Origin: an uncultured Acidobacteriota bacterium
Lineage (GTDB): Bacteria > Acidobacteriota > Thermoanaerobaculia > Gp7-AA8
Length of the DNA stretch: 64,000 nt
Assembly: GCA_963741955.1 (NCBI GenBank)
Contig: CAVUKB010000007.1
Location: 1,056,001-1,120,000, forward strand
Direction: 5' to 3'
The notes under the pieces were generated by a model that was given only the letters and a program-made list of their open reading frames with translations, was not told where the DNA came from and made no database searches. This document shows positions 50,585-60,907 of the stretch, in pieces. Both the position numbers and the translations under genes were made by a program. The number at the start of each line of letters is the position of its first letter. Position 1 is the stretch's first letter.

Positions 50585-50659
50585 AGGTTAGTCCCCGCGT
50601 ACCGCGGCCAGAAGCGCACTTACTACCCGAGAGAGAAGGGATGCGTGAGTAGAAACTAC
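50585..50659 (-). promoter_or_regulatory. Regulon promoter P7
   Basis: GTAGTTTCTAC, +33 GTAGTAAGTGCGC-TTCTGG-N17-TAACCT. Confidence 0.75.
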
Positions 50660-50952
50660 ACGGCGGGAAATGAACCCGGCGCGGCCGATCCTCACCCTTC
50701 CGGAGTTCGGTGCGCATCAGCGCATCGCCACGCGACGTCCTGGGCCGGTGAGATGGGAAACGCGACCCGCCGGTTTCTCACCCGCGGCGTCCGGGCAGTC
50801 ACTTTCATCACATCACGGATGATTCAGGAGCCGGAGGGAGATGGAAGGTACCCGGCGTCCCGGTTGTCACCCGCGATCCGGTTTCGACTCCATTCCTTCA
50901 GGAGGAACACGAACATGGATGCACGATCGGCTGCGGTATGGCGGGTGGCCCG

Positions 50953-51543
50953 ATGAGTCCCGAGTCCGCGCAGGTTCTTTCGTACCCGGCGACCGATCCG
51001 GAGCGCGCCGTGGCGACGCTGCTCACTCTGATCGGTGAGGATCCGGGGCGCGAAGGTCTGATCGACACTCCGCGACGGGTGATCAAAGCATGGCGGGAGA
51101 TGACCTCCGGCTACGGCGAAGACCCGGGCGAGATTCTCGCTCGAACATTCGAGGAGACCAGCGACGAGCTGGTGCTGCTGCGGGGAATCTCGTTCCACTC
51201 GATCTGCGAGCACCACCTTCTTCCCTTCCATGGAACCGCGACGGTCGGCTATCTGCCGGGAAGGGTCGTCGGAATCAGCAAGCTCGCCCGGCTCGTCGAT
51301 TGTTTCGCCCGGCGGCTGCAGATCCAGGAACGGATGACCCGCCAGATCGCCACCGCGATCGAGGAGCATCTTGCACCCCGCGGAGTCGGAGTGAGGATCG
51401 AGGCGCGACACTCGTGCATGGGATGTCGCGGCGTCAAGCTCCCGGACACCGAGCTGGTGACCACGGCGATGCTCGGAACGTTGCGCGAGGACGCAGCGGC
51501 GCGCGCCGAGTTCTTCCGTCTCGCCGCCGGAGCGTCGCGATGA
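50953..51543 (+). CDS. folE: GTP cyclohydrolase I
   Basis: [50 protein letters not shown]. Start could be 50938. Confidence 0.93.
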   Translation: MSPESAQVLSYPATDPERAVATLLTLIGEDPGREGLIDTPRRVIKAWREMTSGYGEDPGEILARTFEETSDELVLLRGISFHSICEHHLLPFHGTATVGYLPGRVVGISKLARLVDCFARRLQIQERMTRQIATAIEEHLAPRGVGVRIEARHSCMGCRGVKLPDTELVTTAMLGTLREDAAARAEFFRLAAGASR

Positions 51544-53117
51544 GCGAGGAAGCCACCGCTCACGGACCCGATCTGAGCCTCGGAGTCGCGATGAGCGATC
51601 TCGCGGAGGGCGGAATGTTGTCCGGACATGTCGATGGAACTGCGGTACTCATCGCGCGCAGTGGAGAGGAGCTCTTCGCGATCGGCGCTTCGTGCACGCA
51701 TTACGGAGGGCCATTGGGCGAGGGCTTGCGCGTCGGCGACACGGTGCGTTGCCCGTGGCACCATGCGTGTTTCAGCTTCCGCACCGGACGCGCACTCCGC
51801 GCTCCCGCCCTCAATCCCGTCGATCGGTATCGCGTCGAGCGGCAGGGTGATCGCGTCTTCGTTCGCGAGAAGATCGAGCCCGAAGCCGTCGCGACGCCAT
51901 CGACCGAAGGCGCGGAGAGGACGGTCGTCATCGTCGGAGGAGGCGCCGCGGGAGAAGCGGCCGCGGAGACGCTCCGGCGCGAGGGCTTCGCCGGCCGCGT
52001 GGTCATGGTTACTGCCGAGGATTCCCTCCCCGGCGATCGACCGAATCTGTCGAAGGACTATCTCGCCGGGACGGCGCCCGAAGAGTGGATTCCGCTGCAT
52101 CCCACGGAGTTCTATGCCGGGATGAACATCGAGGTGAGATGCGCGAATCGCGTCACGGCGATCGATCCTCAGAAGAAAGAGGTCACGATTCGCATGACAA
52201 GTGGGGCGGAGGAGTCGCTCTCGTACGATGCGCTCGTGCTGGCCACCGGCGCAGATCCGATCCGGCTGCCGATTCCGGGCGCGGAGATGCCGCACGTCCA
52301 CTACCTTCGCTCCCTGTCCGACAGCCGCGCGATCATTCAGCGAGCGTTGCAGAGCCGCAAAGCGGTGGTCATCGGCGCGAGCTTCATCGGCCTCGAGGTG
52401 GCAGCATCGCTTCGCGCTCGTGGCGTCGAGGTGACGGTGGTCGCGCCGGACGCGCTTCCGCTCGAGCGAATCATGGGCCGTGAGCTGGGCGAATTCATCA
52501 AGCAGCTGCACGAGCAGCACGGCGTCGTCTTCCGGCTCGGCCGCAAACCGGTCGAGATCGACGAAGGGCGGGTGACACTCGACAGCGGCGAGATCATCGA
52601 CGCGGACATGGTCGTGATCGGCGTCGGAGTCCGTCCGGACACCACGCTGCCGGAGGCCGCGGGGCTGCGCGTCGACAACGGCGTGCTGGTCGACGAGTAT
52701 CTCGAGACGAGCGCTCCCGGGATCTTCGCCGCCGGCGACATTGCGCGATGGCCGGACCCGCGCTCGGGGAAGTCCGTTCGGGTCGAGCACTGGGTGGTCG
52801 CACAGCGCCTTGGCCAGACCGCCGCATGCAACATCCTCGGGCGCCGGGAACGGGTCGACGTGGTTCCGTTCTTCTGGAGCAGCCACTACGACGTCACGAT
52901 CGCCTATGTGGGGCACGGTGCCGGGTGGGATGAGGCGACGGTCGACGGTGACCTCGCCGGCCACGACGCGCGCGTCACGTTCCGGTCGGCGGGAAAAGTC
53001 GTCGCCGTCGCGACGATCTTCCGCGATCTGGAGAGCCTGAAGGCGGAGCTGGCAATGGAGCGCGGCGATGCGCATGAGCTGGAAGAGATCGTCCGGGGCA
53101 TCGGCCCGGACGTCTGA
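51540..53117 (+). CDS. Rieske 2Fe-2S / FAD pyridine nucleotide-disulfide reductase fusion
   Basis: [16 protein letters not shown] Rieske motif, [35 protein letters not shown] overlap with folE. Confidence 0.92.
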   Translation: MSEEATAHGPDLSLGVAMSDLAEGGMLSGHVDGTAVLIARSGEELFAIGASCTHYGGPLGEGLRVGDTVRCPWHHACFSFRTGRALRAPALNPVDRYRVERQGDRVFVREKIEPEAVATPSTEGAERTVVIVGGGAAGEAAAETLRREGFAGRVVMVTAEDSLPGDRPNLSKDYLAGTAPEEWIPLHPTEFYAGMNIEVRCANRVTAIDPQKKEVTIRMTSGAEESLSYDALVLATGADPIRLPIPGAEMPHVHYLRSLSDSRAIIQRALQSRKAVVIGASFIGLEVAASLRARGVEVTVVAPDALPLERIMGRELGEFIKQLHEQHGVVFRLGRKPVEIDEGRVTLDSGEIIDADMVVIGVGVRPDTTLPEAAGLRVDNGVLVDEYLETSAPGIFAAGDIARWPDPRSGKSVRVEHWVVAQRLGQTAACNILGRRERVDVVPFFWSSHYDVTIAYVGHGAGWDEATVDGDLAGHDARVTFRSAGKVVAVATIFRDLESLKAELAMERGDAHELEEIVRGIGPDV

Positions 53118-53149
53118 CGTCATCTCTGCTGCGGCGGCCTCTCGGGAGG

Positions 53150-54845
53150 TGCAGGGTCCTGTGGGTTGGACGTCTCGTCCGATGCAGGGTCCTGTGGGTT
53201 GGACGTCCTCGTCCGATGCAGGGTCCTGTGGGTTGGACGTCTCGTCCGATGCAGGGCGGCGTCCCGCGCCGGCCTGCCCGGTGCCCCCGTGCCCGGTGCG
53301 AGGAGTGTTCTGTTGAATGGTCTGCGCGAGCGCTTCGGGTCGTGGTGGTGTCGGAATGACGTTCGAGAGAGGCATGTCGGGCCGGGAGGTGAGAACGAGG
53401 GTACGGCAAGTGCCGCAGGAAGCGCTCGTGGCAGGCATCGCTCGCGGCGGGACGCCGCTCGCCATCGCGCGGGGACGCGCGACCCACAGGCGCGCGGGCC
53501 ACTTTGTGGGTTGGACGTCTCGTCCGATGCAGGTCCTGTGGGTTGGACGTCTCGTCCGATGCAGGGCGGCGTCCCGCGCCGGCCTGCCCGGTGCCCCCGT
53601 GCCCGGTGCGAGGAGTGTTCAGTTGAATGTCGTCTCCGCGAGCGCTTCGGGTCGTGGTGGTGTCGGAATGACGTTCGAGAGAGTCGTGTCGGCCCGGGAG
53701 GTGAGAACGAGGGTGCGGCAAGTGCCGCACGACGCGTTCGTGGCACGCATCGCTCGCGGCGGGACGCCGCTCGCCATCGCGCGCGGACGCGCGACCCACA
53801 GACGCGCGACCCACAGGACGCGCGGGCCACAGACGCGCGACCTACTTTGTGGGTTGGACGTCTCGTCCGATGCAGGGCGGCGTCCCGCGCCGGCCTGCCC
53901 GGTGCCCCGTGCCCGGTGCGAGGAGTGTTCAGTTGAATGTCGTCTCCGCGAGCCCTCGGGGCTCGGGGCGATCTTGAAGAGACCCTCGCGAAGGTCCGGC
54001 CCGGTGCGGGAGGTAAAAGCGACGTTGCGGCAAGTGCCGCAGGACGCGTTCGTGGCATCCATCGCTCGCGGCGGGACGCCGCTCGCCATCGCGCGGGGAC
54101 GCGCGACCCACAGAGGCGACCCACAGACGCGCGACCCACTTTGTGGGTTGGACGTCTCGTCCGATGCAGGGCGGCGTCCCGCGCCGGCCTGCCCGGTGCC
54201 CCGTGCCCGGTGCGAGGAGTGTTCAGTTGAATGTCGTCTCCGCGAGCGCTTCGGGGCTCGGGGCGATCTTGAAGAGACCCTCGCGAAGGTCCGGCTCGGT
54301 GCGGGAGGCAAGAGCGACGTTGCGGCAAGTGCCGCAGGACGCGTTCGTGGCATCCATCGCTCGCGGCGGGACGCCGCTCGCCATCGCGCGGGGACGCGCG
54401 ACCCACAGAGGCGGGCCACAGACGCGCGACCCACTTTGTGGGTTGGACGTCTCGTCCGATGCAGGGCGGCGTCCCGCGCCGGCCTGCCCCGTGCCCGGTG
54501 CGAGGAGTGTTCAGTTGAATGTCGTCTCCGCGAGCGCTTCGGGTCGTGGTGGTGTCGGAATGACGTTCGAGAGAGTCGTGTCGGCCCGGGAGGTGAGAAC
54601 GAGGGTGCGGCAAGTGCCGCAGGACGCGTTCGTGGCAGGCATCGCTCGCGGCGGGACGCCGCTCGCCATCGCGCGCGGACGCGCGACCCACAGAGGCGGG
54701 CCACAGACGCGCGACCCACAGACGCGCGACCCACTTTGTGGGTTGGACGTCTCGTCCGATGCAGGGCGGCGTCCCGCGCCGGCCTGCCCGGTGCCCCATG
54801 CCCGGTGCGAGGAGTGTTCTGTTGAATATCGTCTCCGCGAGCACT
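53150..54845. repeat. Mosaic REP/BIME-like array (~295-311 bp units) related to 14200-15560
   Basis: Unit starts at 53228, 53538, 53849, 54143, 54438, 54738. Extra REP copies at 53161, 53194, 53506. Lies between convergent genes. Confidence 0.92.
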
Positions 54846-54849
54846 TCGG

Positions 54850-55918
54850 GCCGGGGTCGCGCACGTGCCGTGATCCGCGCGGCGGATCAGAGGATTCGCG
54901 CCCCACGGCGAGAATCGTGGATTGTGCCGAGGAGTGCGATCGTGTCGTAGGGTGCGGGCTTCGCAGCGGCTCAGATCACGCGGGTGGTGCGGAGGGGCTG
55001 CTGGTACGCGCCGCACGGGCGAGAGGCTCGACCTCGGATTCGTTGCTGATCGAGATGCCGAGGTCGCGGAGAAGGCCGTCGCGAATGTCGTAGATCCAGC
55101 CATGGACGGTGAGAGGCTGGGCGCGGCGCCACGCCTCACGCACGACGGTCGTCCGGCAAACGTTCACCGCCTGCTCGATGACGTTGAGCTCACAGAGGCG
55201 TTCGTGCCGCTCGCGCTCGGTGGCGAGCGCATCGATCTGTGCGTGGTGCAGAGAGCGCACGTCCTGGATGTGGCGGAGCCAGTTGTCGATCAGCCCCAGG
55301 TGCTCGTCGCGGAGCGCCGCGAGGACGCCGCCGCAGCCGTAATGCCCGCAGACGATCACGTGTCCGACGCGGAGCGATTCGACCGCGAACTGGAGTGCGG
55401 AGAGAAAATTGAGATCCGCGTGCACGACGACGTTCGCCACGTTGCGGTGGACGAACATCTCGCCGGGGGGGAGGCCGACGATCTGGTTGGCGGGGACGCG
55501 ACTGTCTGAGCAGCCGATCCAGAAGTAGTCGGGCTTCTGCTGGCGCGCGAGACGGGTGAAGAATTCGGGATCTTCGCGGGTGATCTCCGCGGCCCAGACG
55601 CGATTCTTTTCGAAGAGGTCACTGAGAAAGCGCATACGACGTCGATCCTCGGCGCAGCCGCAGGTTGGTGGTGCACGCAGCTGCGGGTAGATCATAACCC
55701 GGACGGACGACGCTCCGCTTCTGCCGGGGACGCGGGTGATGCCGGGGTCGCGCACGTGCCGCGATCCGCGCGGCGGATCAGAGGATCCGCGCCCCTCGGC
55801 GAGAATTGTGGATTGTGCCGAGGACGGCGGTTGCCGGCGACGAGGGTGAGGTTGGAGTCGCGCACGTGCCGCGATCCGCGCCCCACGGCGAGAATCGTGG
55901 ATTGTGCCGAGGAGTGCG
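54850..55918. repeat. 84-bp direct repeats flanking can (54850-54933, 55741-55824) plus an internally deleted copy (55857-55918)
   Basis: GCCGGGGTCGCGCACGTGCCG..GGATTGTGCCGAGGA. Contains the reverse complement of the GCGGATC palindrome seen at 4.5 kb. Confidence 0.85.
54976..55635 (-). CDS. can: Beta-class carbonic anhydrase
   Basis: WIGCSDSRVPA, FVHRNVAN, CGHYGCGGV, ELNVIEQ, HGWIYD. Confidence 0.95.
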   Translation of the reverse strand: MRFLSDLFEKNRVWAAEITREDPEFFTRLARQQKPDYFWIGCSDSRVPANQIVGLPPGEMFVHRNVANVVVHADLNFLSALQFAVESLRVGHVIVCGHYGCGGVLAALRDEHLGLIDNWLRHIQDVRSLHHAQIDALATERERHERLCELNVIEQAVNVCRTTVVREAWRRAQPLTVHGWIYDIRDGLLRDLGISISNESEVEPLARAARTSSPSAPPA

Positions 55919-55979
55919 GACTCGCACAGAACCGGCGGCGCTCGCGCGATACTGCATTGCCGATTAGAATCGGCGGCGG

Positions 55980-56756
55980 ATGAGCGGGCTCGACGATCGA
56001 CGGATCATTTCCGGGATGCCCTGGATGGTCCACTTCGCCCTCGGCCTCCGCGATGCGGTTGCGGCGCGGGGCGGAGGACTCGAGATCGTCGACGATGACG
56101 AGGCGCCGGGAGAGTCGCTCGCGGTGACACTGCGGATCGATGGCGCCACGCGTCACCTCAACCTGCGGTTCGACGCGCGAAGCGGCGAGGTCGCGCTCAT
56201 CGAAGCCGACGCAACGATCGCGAACGTACCGTTCGCCGTCTCCCCGCGCAGCTTTCCGCGCGAGCGCCGTGATCCGCGGCGGCGCATGCGCATGCTCGTC
56301 GCCGGTGGTATGGCGGTCACGCGGCGGCTCAGGATGACGGCGAAGGTTCTCGACGAGCTGCGGCGCCGGAAGTTCGCTTTCGACCTCGTCGTGTTCGGCG
56401 ACCTCCCCGAAGCACTGCGCGGGAGCGCCGGACGACGGGAGATCCTTCCCGAGCTCGATGCGAGCGAGCTCGCGAACGCGATCACGAGCAGTTCCCTGAT
56501 TCTGGAGACGGTGGACGCCGACGAGGCGCCGTCGCCGCTCGCGTTCGTCGCGCGCGACGTCGGAGTCGCGCTCGCGATCCATCAGTCGCACCCGCTCGCC
56601 ACGGTCGCTTCGGCGATCGGCGTGACGGAGTGGAGCGCGGACGGATTCGTGGACGCGATCATCGCGCCCCTTCCCGATCTCACGCGCGTTCCGCCTGCGC
56701 TCGATCCTTTCGTCGCAATCTCGGAGCTTCTCATCGGGAGCGGACCTTCGCGATGA
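55980..56756 (+). CDS. Hypothetical protein (possibly a degenerate glycosyltransferase-like fold)
   Basis: First ORF of a run of overlapping genes (ATGA overlap with the next gene). No firm motif. Confidence 0.55.
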   Translation: MSGLDDRRIISGMPWMVHFALGLRDAVAARGGGLEIVDDDEAPGESLAVTLRIDGATRHLNLRFDARSGEVALIEADATIANVPFAVSPRSFPRERRDPRRRMRMLVAGGMAVTRRLRMTAKVLDELRRRKFAFDLVVFGDLPEALRGSAGRREILPELDASELANAITSSSLILETVDADEAPSPLAFVARDVGVALAIHQSHPLATVASAIGVTEWSADGFVDAIIAPLPDLTRVPPALDPFVAISELLIGSGPSR

Positions 56757-57859
56757 GCGAGACGCTCCTGGTGATCGTCAACTACCGTTCGGCTGCGCTG
56801 ACCGCGGCTTCGATCGCATCGGCCCGAGCGAGCACCGCAACTCCGCTGCGGGTGGTGGTGGTCGACAACTCGTGCGACCCGGCCGAGGCGAGGGCGCTCG
56901 AAGAGAGCGGAGCGGACCGGCTGATCGTCGCGGAAGAGAATCTCGGATACGGACGCGCGATCAACGAGGCGGTGCTCGGTTCGGACGCACCGATCTTCGT
57001 TGCCGCGAATCCCGACGTGGAGTGGGAGAGTGGTGCGATCGACCGTCTCCTCGAGCGAGTGCGTTCCGGAGCGGCGCTCGCCGGTCCGCGGATCAGCTGG
57101 GATCGGGAAGGGGAGTGGATCCTCCCTCCTGCGGAGACACTCACGCGCCAGCTCAGGATGGGCGAGCTCCTCGCTTCGCGCTCGCATCGGAGGGCGCGGT
57201 CACGAGACGAGGCGCGAGTCCGGGAGCGGATCCGCTTCTGGAGTCTGAAGAGAACGATGGAAACCGGCGAAGTATCGGGTGCGGTGATGGCGATCGACCG
57301 TGCGGCGTTCGAGCGGACGGGAGGGTTCGATCCGCGATTCCGCCTCTACTTCGAAGAGATCGACCTGATGCGGCGACTGCGGAACGGCGGGAAGAGAATC
57401 GTGTACGTTGCCGAGGCGCGCTGCAGGCATCTGTACAACCAGAGCGCGCCGGAGCGGGGTGATGCGGCGGAGCTGTTCGCCGAGTCGGAGCGGCGGTTCC
57501 TGCTGAAGTGGACGGGAGGATGGTTCACGAAGCTGTCGAGTCGTTACGGGCGGGAGATCCCGCCGCCGTTCGAGCGTCCGTTCGAGGATCACGCGGCTGA
57601 CTCGCCGTTCGAGGTTGGAGAGGAGCCGGCGGCGCGTGTGATCGAGATCTCCCCGCTGCGCAACTTCAATTCGGCGGCAGGGCACTTTCCGGCCAGTGGC
57701 TCGGTCCGTGTTCCGGGAGAAATCCTCCAGAGCTGGCGAGGCGGCGACCTCCATGTGAGGGTGGTCGACCGCCGGAGCGGGAAAACGTTGCGGGCGTGGA
57801 AATGCCCGCCACTGAGCTCAGCCGGCGGAACACCGACAAGGGCCGGGTGGTCGCGGTAG
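56753..57859 (+). CDS. Glycosyltransferase family 2
   Basis: VIVNYRS, VVVDNS, ENLGYGRAIN, ANPD, GGFDPRFRLYFEEIDL. Confidence 0.9.
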   Translation: MSETLLVIVNYRSAALTAASIASARASTATPLRVVVVDNSCDPAEARALEESGADRLIVAEENLGYGRAINEAVLGSDAPIFVAANPDVEWESGAIDRLLERVRSGAALAGPRISWDREGEWILPPAETLTRQLRMGELLASRSHRRARSRDEARVRERIRFWSLKRTMETGEVSGAVMAIDRAAFERTGGFDPRFRLYFEEIDLMRRLRNGGKRIVYVAEARCRHLYNQSAPERGDAAELFAESERRFLLKWTGGWFTKLSSRYGREIPPPFERPFEDHAADSPFEVGEEPAARVIEISPLRNFNSAAGHFPASGSVRVPGEILQSWRGGDLHVRVVDRRSGKTLRAWKCPPLSSAGGTPTRAGWSR

Positions 57860-57869
57860 AATGGGCCGA

Positions 57870-59504
57870 ATGGGTGGACCGAGTCTCTCACTCGTGATTC
57901 CTGCGTGGAACGAGGGTCACGAGATTCAGGTGACGCTCGCCGAGCTGACGCGCTACCTGCGCGGGACGGGACTCTCGTACGAAGTGCTGGTGGTGGACGA
58001 CGGCTCGACGGACGATACCGCCGCGCGGGTGGAGGAGCTTTCCGCCACGGATGCGTCTCTCCGTCTGCTGCGCCTGAAGCGGAACTCCGGGAAAGGGGCC
58101 GCAGTGCGGCGGGGGGTGCAGGAAGCCCGCGGCGAGACGATCGGCTTCATCGACGCCGATCTCCCGTACCAGCTCCAGAACCTCGGCGATGCCGTCACGA
58201 TGGTGCAGTCGGGGACCACGGACATCGCGATCGGGGGCCGCGATCTCGACGAATCGCAGGCGGATCCGTCGTATCCCTGGCTCCGAAAAGCGATGGGGCG
58301 CAGCTTCTCCCTGGTGGTGCGGACGTTTCTCACGCCGGGGATTCCCGACACCCAGTGCGGTCTGAAGATCTTCACCGCAGCGGCGGCGAAGGTCCTCTTC
58401 GCCGAGTCGCGCATCAACGGGTTCGGGTTCGATTTCGAGGTTCTTTTTCTGGCGCGGAAGTTCGGCTTCCGGATCGAGCGGATCCCGGTCTCCATGTCCC
58501 ACCGGCACGAATCGAAGGTGCGCCTGGTCCGCGATTCACTGCGGATGCTGATCGACGTGATCCGGGTGCGGCGCTTCAACCGGCAGCAGGCTTACCGCCT
58601 TCCGCGTCGCTGTCCGATCTGTTTTTCGGTGGAAGTGTGGACGCTGACGCAGATCAACGGCTGGGTGGTGCGGGAGTGCCGGAGGTGCAAGTGCCGCTTT
58701 CTGGCCGAATTTCCGAGTGAAGAGGAGTTGCGGCGGTACTACGACGCGAGTTACTACGAGAGTGACCGGGAGCTGGAGCGTGGGTACGGGCCGGGCCAGA
58801 GCGCCCGCTCGCTGGAGAAGACCAATTCCAGGCGATTCTCGATCCTGCGGAAGCACGTCCAGCGCGGAGCGCGGGTCCTGGAGGTCGGCGCGGGCATCGG
58901 ACATTTCGGCCGCATCGCGTCGCGGGAGATGGAGTACGTCGGGATCGATCTGTCGGAGGAAGCGGCGCGGGCGGCGCGGAGCGAAGGACTGGACGTGTAT
59001 TGCGCGAATCTCCGCACATTCGTGAATCCGTCCGGAGCGTTCGACGCCGTCACACTCTTTCACGTCTTCGAGCACCTGGCGGATCCGCACGACGCTCTCG
59101 CTCGGCTTCACGAGCTCCTCAAGCCGGGCGGAGCTCTCTTCCTGGTCACTCCCGACACGGAGAGCCTTCTCTGCGCGGTCTCCGGTGACCGGTGGGTGAG
59201 CTACAAGTTTCCCGAACATCTGATCCTCTATTCGCATTCGGCGCTGATCGAGCTGCTCGAAAATTCGGGATTCGAGATCGTGAGCATCGGAGCGGATTTC
59301 GAATACTGCGATCATCCGTTCCTTCTCTCCAGAGTGAAGAAGCTGAATCCGGCGCTCTCCCGGATCGCATCGGCCGCACTCCGGGTTCTTCCCGATCCGC
59401 TGCCGGTGACATCGGGATCGGTGCGGATCGTTGCGAGGCGGAGGGGTGGAGCGCCGTACGTGGTGCGTCCGATCCGCGCAGTCGAGCCGACGCATGCCCG
59501 ATAA
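57870..59504 (+). CDS. DPM-synthase-like GT2 fused to a Zn-ribbon/class I SAM methyltransferase
   Basis: SLVIPAWNE, VDDGSTD, FIDAD, DTQCGLK, FDFEVL; then CPIC..CRRC, VLEVGAGIG, FHVFEHL, LKPGG. Confidence 0.88.
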   Translation: MGGPSLSLVIPAWNEGHEIQVTLAELTRYLRGTGLSYEVLVVDDGSTDDTAARVEELSATDASLRLLRLKRNSGKGAAVRRGVQEARGETIGFIDADLPYQLQNLGDAVTMVQSGTTDIAIGGRDLDESQADPSYPWLRKAMGRSFSLVVRTFLTPGIPDTQCGLKIFTAAAAKVLFAESRINGFGFDFEVLFLARKFGFRIERIPVSMSHRHESKVRLVRDSLRMLIDVIRVRRFNRQQAYRLPRRCPICFSVEVWTLTQINGWVVRECRRCKCRFLAEFPSEEELRRYYDASYYESDRELERGYGPGQSARSLEKTNSRRFSILRKHVQRGARVLEVGAGIGHFGRIASREMEYVGIDLSEEAARAARSEGLDVYCANLRTFVNPSGAFDAVTLFHVFEHLADPHDALARLHELLKPGGALFLVTPDTESLLCAVSGDRWVSYKFPEHLILYSHSALIELLENSGFEIVSIGADFEYCDHPFLLSRVKKLNPALSRIASAALRVLPDPLPVTSGSVRIVARRRGGAPYVVRPIRAVEPTHAR

Positions 59505-60411
59505 GCCGCAGGAGATCATCCGCCCTGCGGTGGAGTCGGACATCCCGAAGCTCGGCGATCTCTTCGAAGAAGTGTTCGGGGCGCGCCGCGACGAGAACGT
59601 ATGGCGCTGGAAGTATTTCGACAATCCCCGAGGAAGTGCGAGCTTCGTCTGCGAGGCCGGGGGGCGGATCGTCGCCCACTGCGCGGGAACCCCGGTGCGT
59701 TTCCGGGACCACCGGAGCGAGTATCCGGCGCTGCAGTCGGTCGACTTCATGAGCAGCGCGAAATACGCGGGAGGGATCGGCCGCGGGGGCGTTTTCGTGC
59801 GCACGGTGAAAGCATTCTTCGACTACCACTGCGGTGCGGGGAAGGTGCCGCTGGTGTACGGCTTCCCCGGCGAGCGTCATCGGGTGCTCGGTGAGCGGGT
59901 GCTCGGGTACCGGCCGGTCTCCCGGGTGGGGGAGCTGGTGCTGGAGCCGGAGGGGGGCGTCTCGCCGGATCTCGCGGAGCTTTCGGCGAGAGAGTTGCAT
60001 CGATTTCCGCCAATCGACTTCGAGCTCGGAGCGATACGCGACGAGGTGTATCTCCGGTGGAGATACCTGGACCACCCGGTGCATCGTTACCGGACAGCGG
60101 TGGTCGAGCGGTGGTGGAAGGTCGAAACGATCGCCATCATCGGGGAGGATGAAGAGAACCTGAACATCATGGAGATCGGCGGATCACTCGATCCGGGGCC
60201 GCTCTCCAGGCTCGTGAAGCAGTTGAGGGGTTCGGGAAAGCGTTGCAGATTCTGGTGTGCGGCAGAGCATCCCGTCGGACGCCGGTTGATGGAAGCAGGA
60301 TTCAGGTATGAACCGAGAGATCATTTCGTCGAGTGCCGCTTTTTCGTCGAGCGGGAAAACCCGCGAGCTGACGAGCTCTACTACACGATCGGCGATTACG
60401 ACGTTTACTGA
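59494..60411 (+). CDS. GNAT family N-acetyltransferase
   Basis: IIRPA..DI, WRWKYFDNP, VYGFPG, YLRWRY.DHP..RY. Confidence 0.8.
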   Translation: MPDKPQEIIRPAVESDIPKLGDLFEEVFGARRDENVWRWKYFDNPRGSASFVCEAGGRIVAHCAGTPVRFRDHRSEYPALQSVDFMSSAKYAGGIGRGGVFVRTVKAFFDYHCGAGKVPLVYGFPGERHRVLGERVLGYRPVSRVGELVLEPEGGVSPDLAELSARELHRFPPIDFELGAIRDEVYLRWRYLDHPVHRYRTAVVERWWKVETIAIIGEDEENLNIMEIGGSLDPGPLSRLVKQLRGSGKRCRFWCAAEHPVGRRLMEAGFRYEPRDHFVECRFFVERENPRADELYYTIGDYDVY

Positions 60412-60481
60412 GAAGAGGCGTACCGAGGGCGTCGACGTTCTGCGCGGGACGAATGCGGGCTCGATTCCGCGCGAATCACGC

Positions 60482-60850
60482 GTGGCGCCGAAGCGGATTC
60501 TGGTGGTCGACGACGACATTCCGTTGCGCGGAATGCTCTCCGCGGCTCTGCGTCAGCGCGGCTTCCAGGTGCTCCTCGCAGGCGACGGCGGAGAAGCGGA
60601 GCGGGCGCTGATGGTTCAGGAGCCGGATCTGGTGCTGCTCGACCTGATGATGCCGGAGGTGAACGGGTGGGATTTTCTGCAGCGGCTGAGAGACACCGGA
60701 CGCGCCGGCAGACTCCCGGTGATCGTCCTCTCCGCACATCTTCGGATCGAGCCGGAGGCGCTGTTGCAGATGGGGGCCTCCGCACTCTTCGCGAAGCCGT
60801 TCGATCTCGAAGAGCTGATGAACCTCGTGGAGCACCTGATTCAGAAATGA
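60482..60850 (+). CDS. Single-domain response regulator
   Basis: RILVVDDD, LLDLMMPEVNG, VIVLSA, KPFDL. Start is uncertain. Confidence 0.88.
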   Translation: MAPKRILVVDDDIPLRGMLSAALRQRGFQVLLAGDGGEAERALMVQEPDLVLLDLMMPEVNGWDFLQRLRDTGRAGRLPVIVLSAHLRIEPEALLQMGASALFAKPFDLEELMNLVEHLIQK

Positions 60851-60907
60851 CGCCCTGCCGCACGATCCCTTCCGCGGGGTCGCCGATGAGGCTCCCATGA
60901 GGCGTCG

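Noticed and set aside
50700-50800. ZTP or folate riboswitch upstream of folE
   Set aside because: CGTCCGGGCA resembles the ZTP 3' end, but I found no matching 5' GACTGRCG pseudoknot partner. An Rfam cmscan would settle it.
51090-51539. N-terminal extension of the Rieske reductase in the ORF track
   Set aside because: It overlaps folE entirely. The ATGA-coupled start at 51540 is more plausible.
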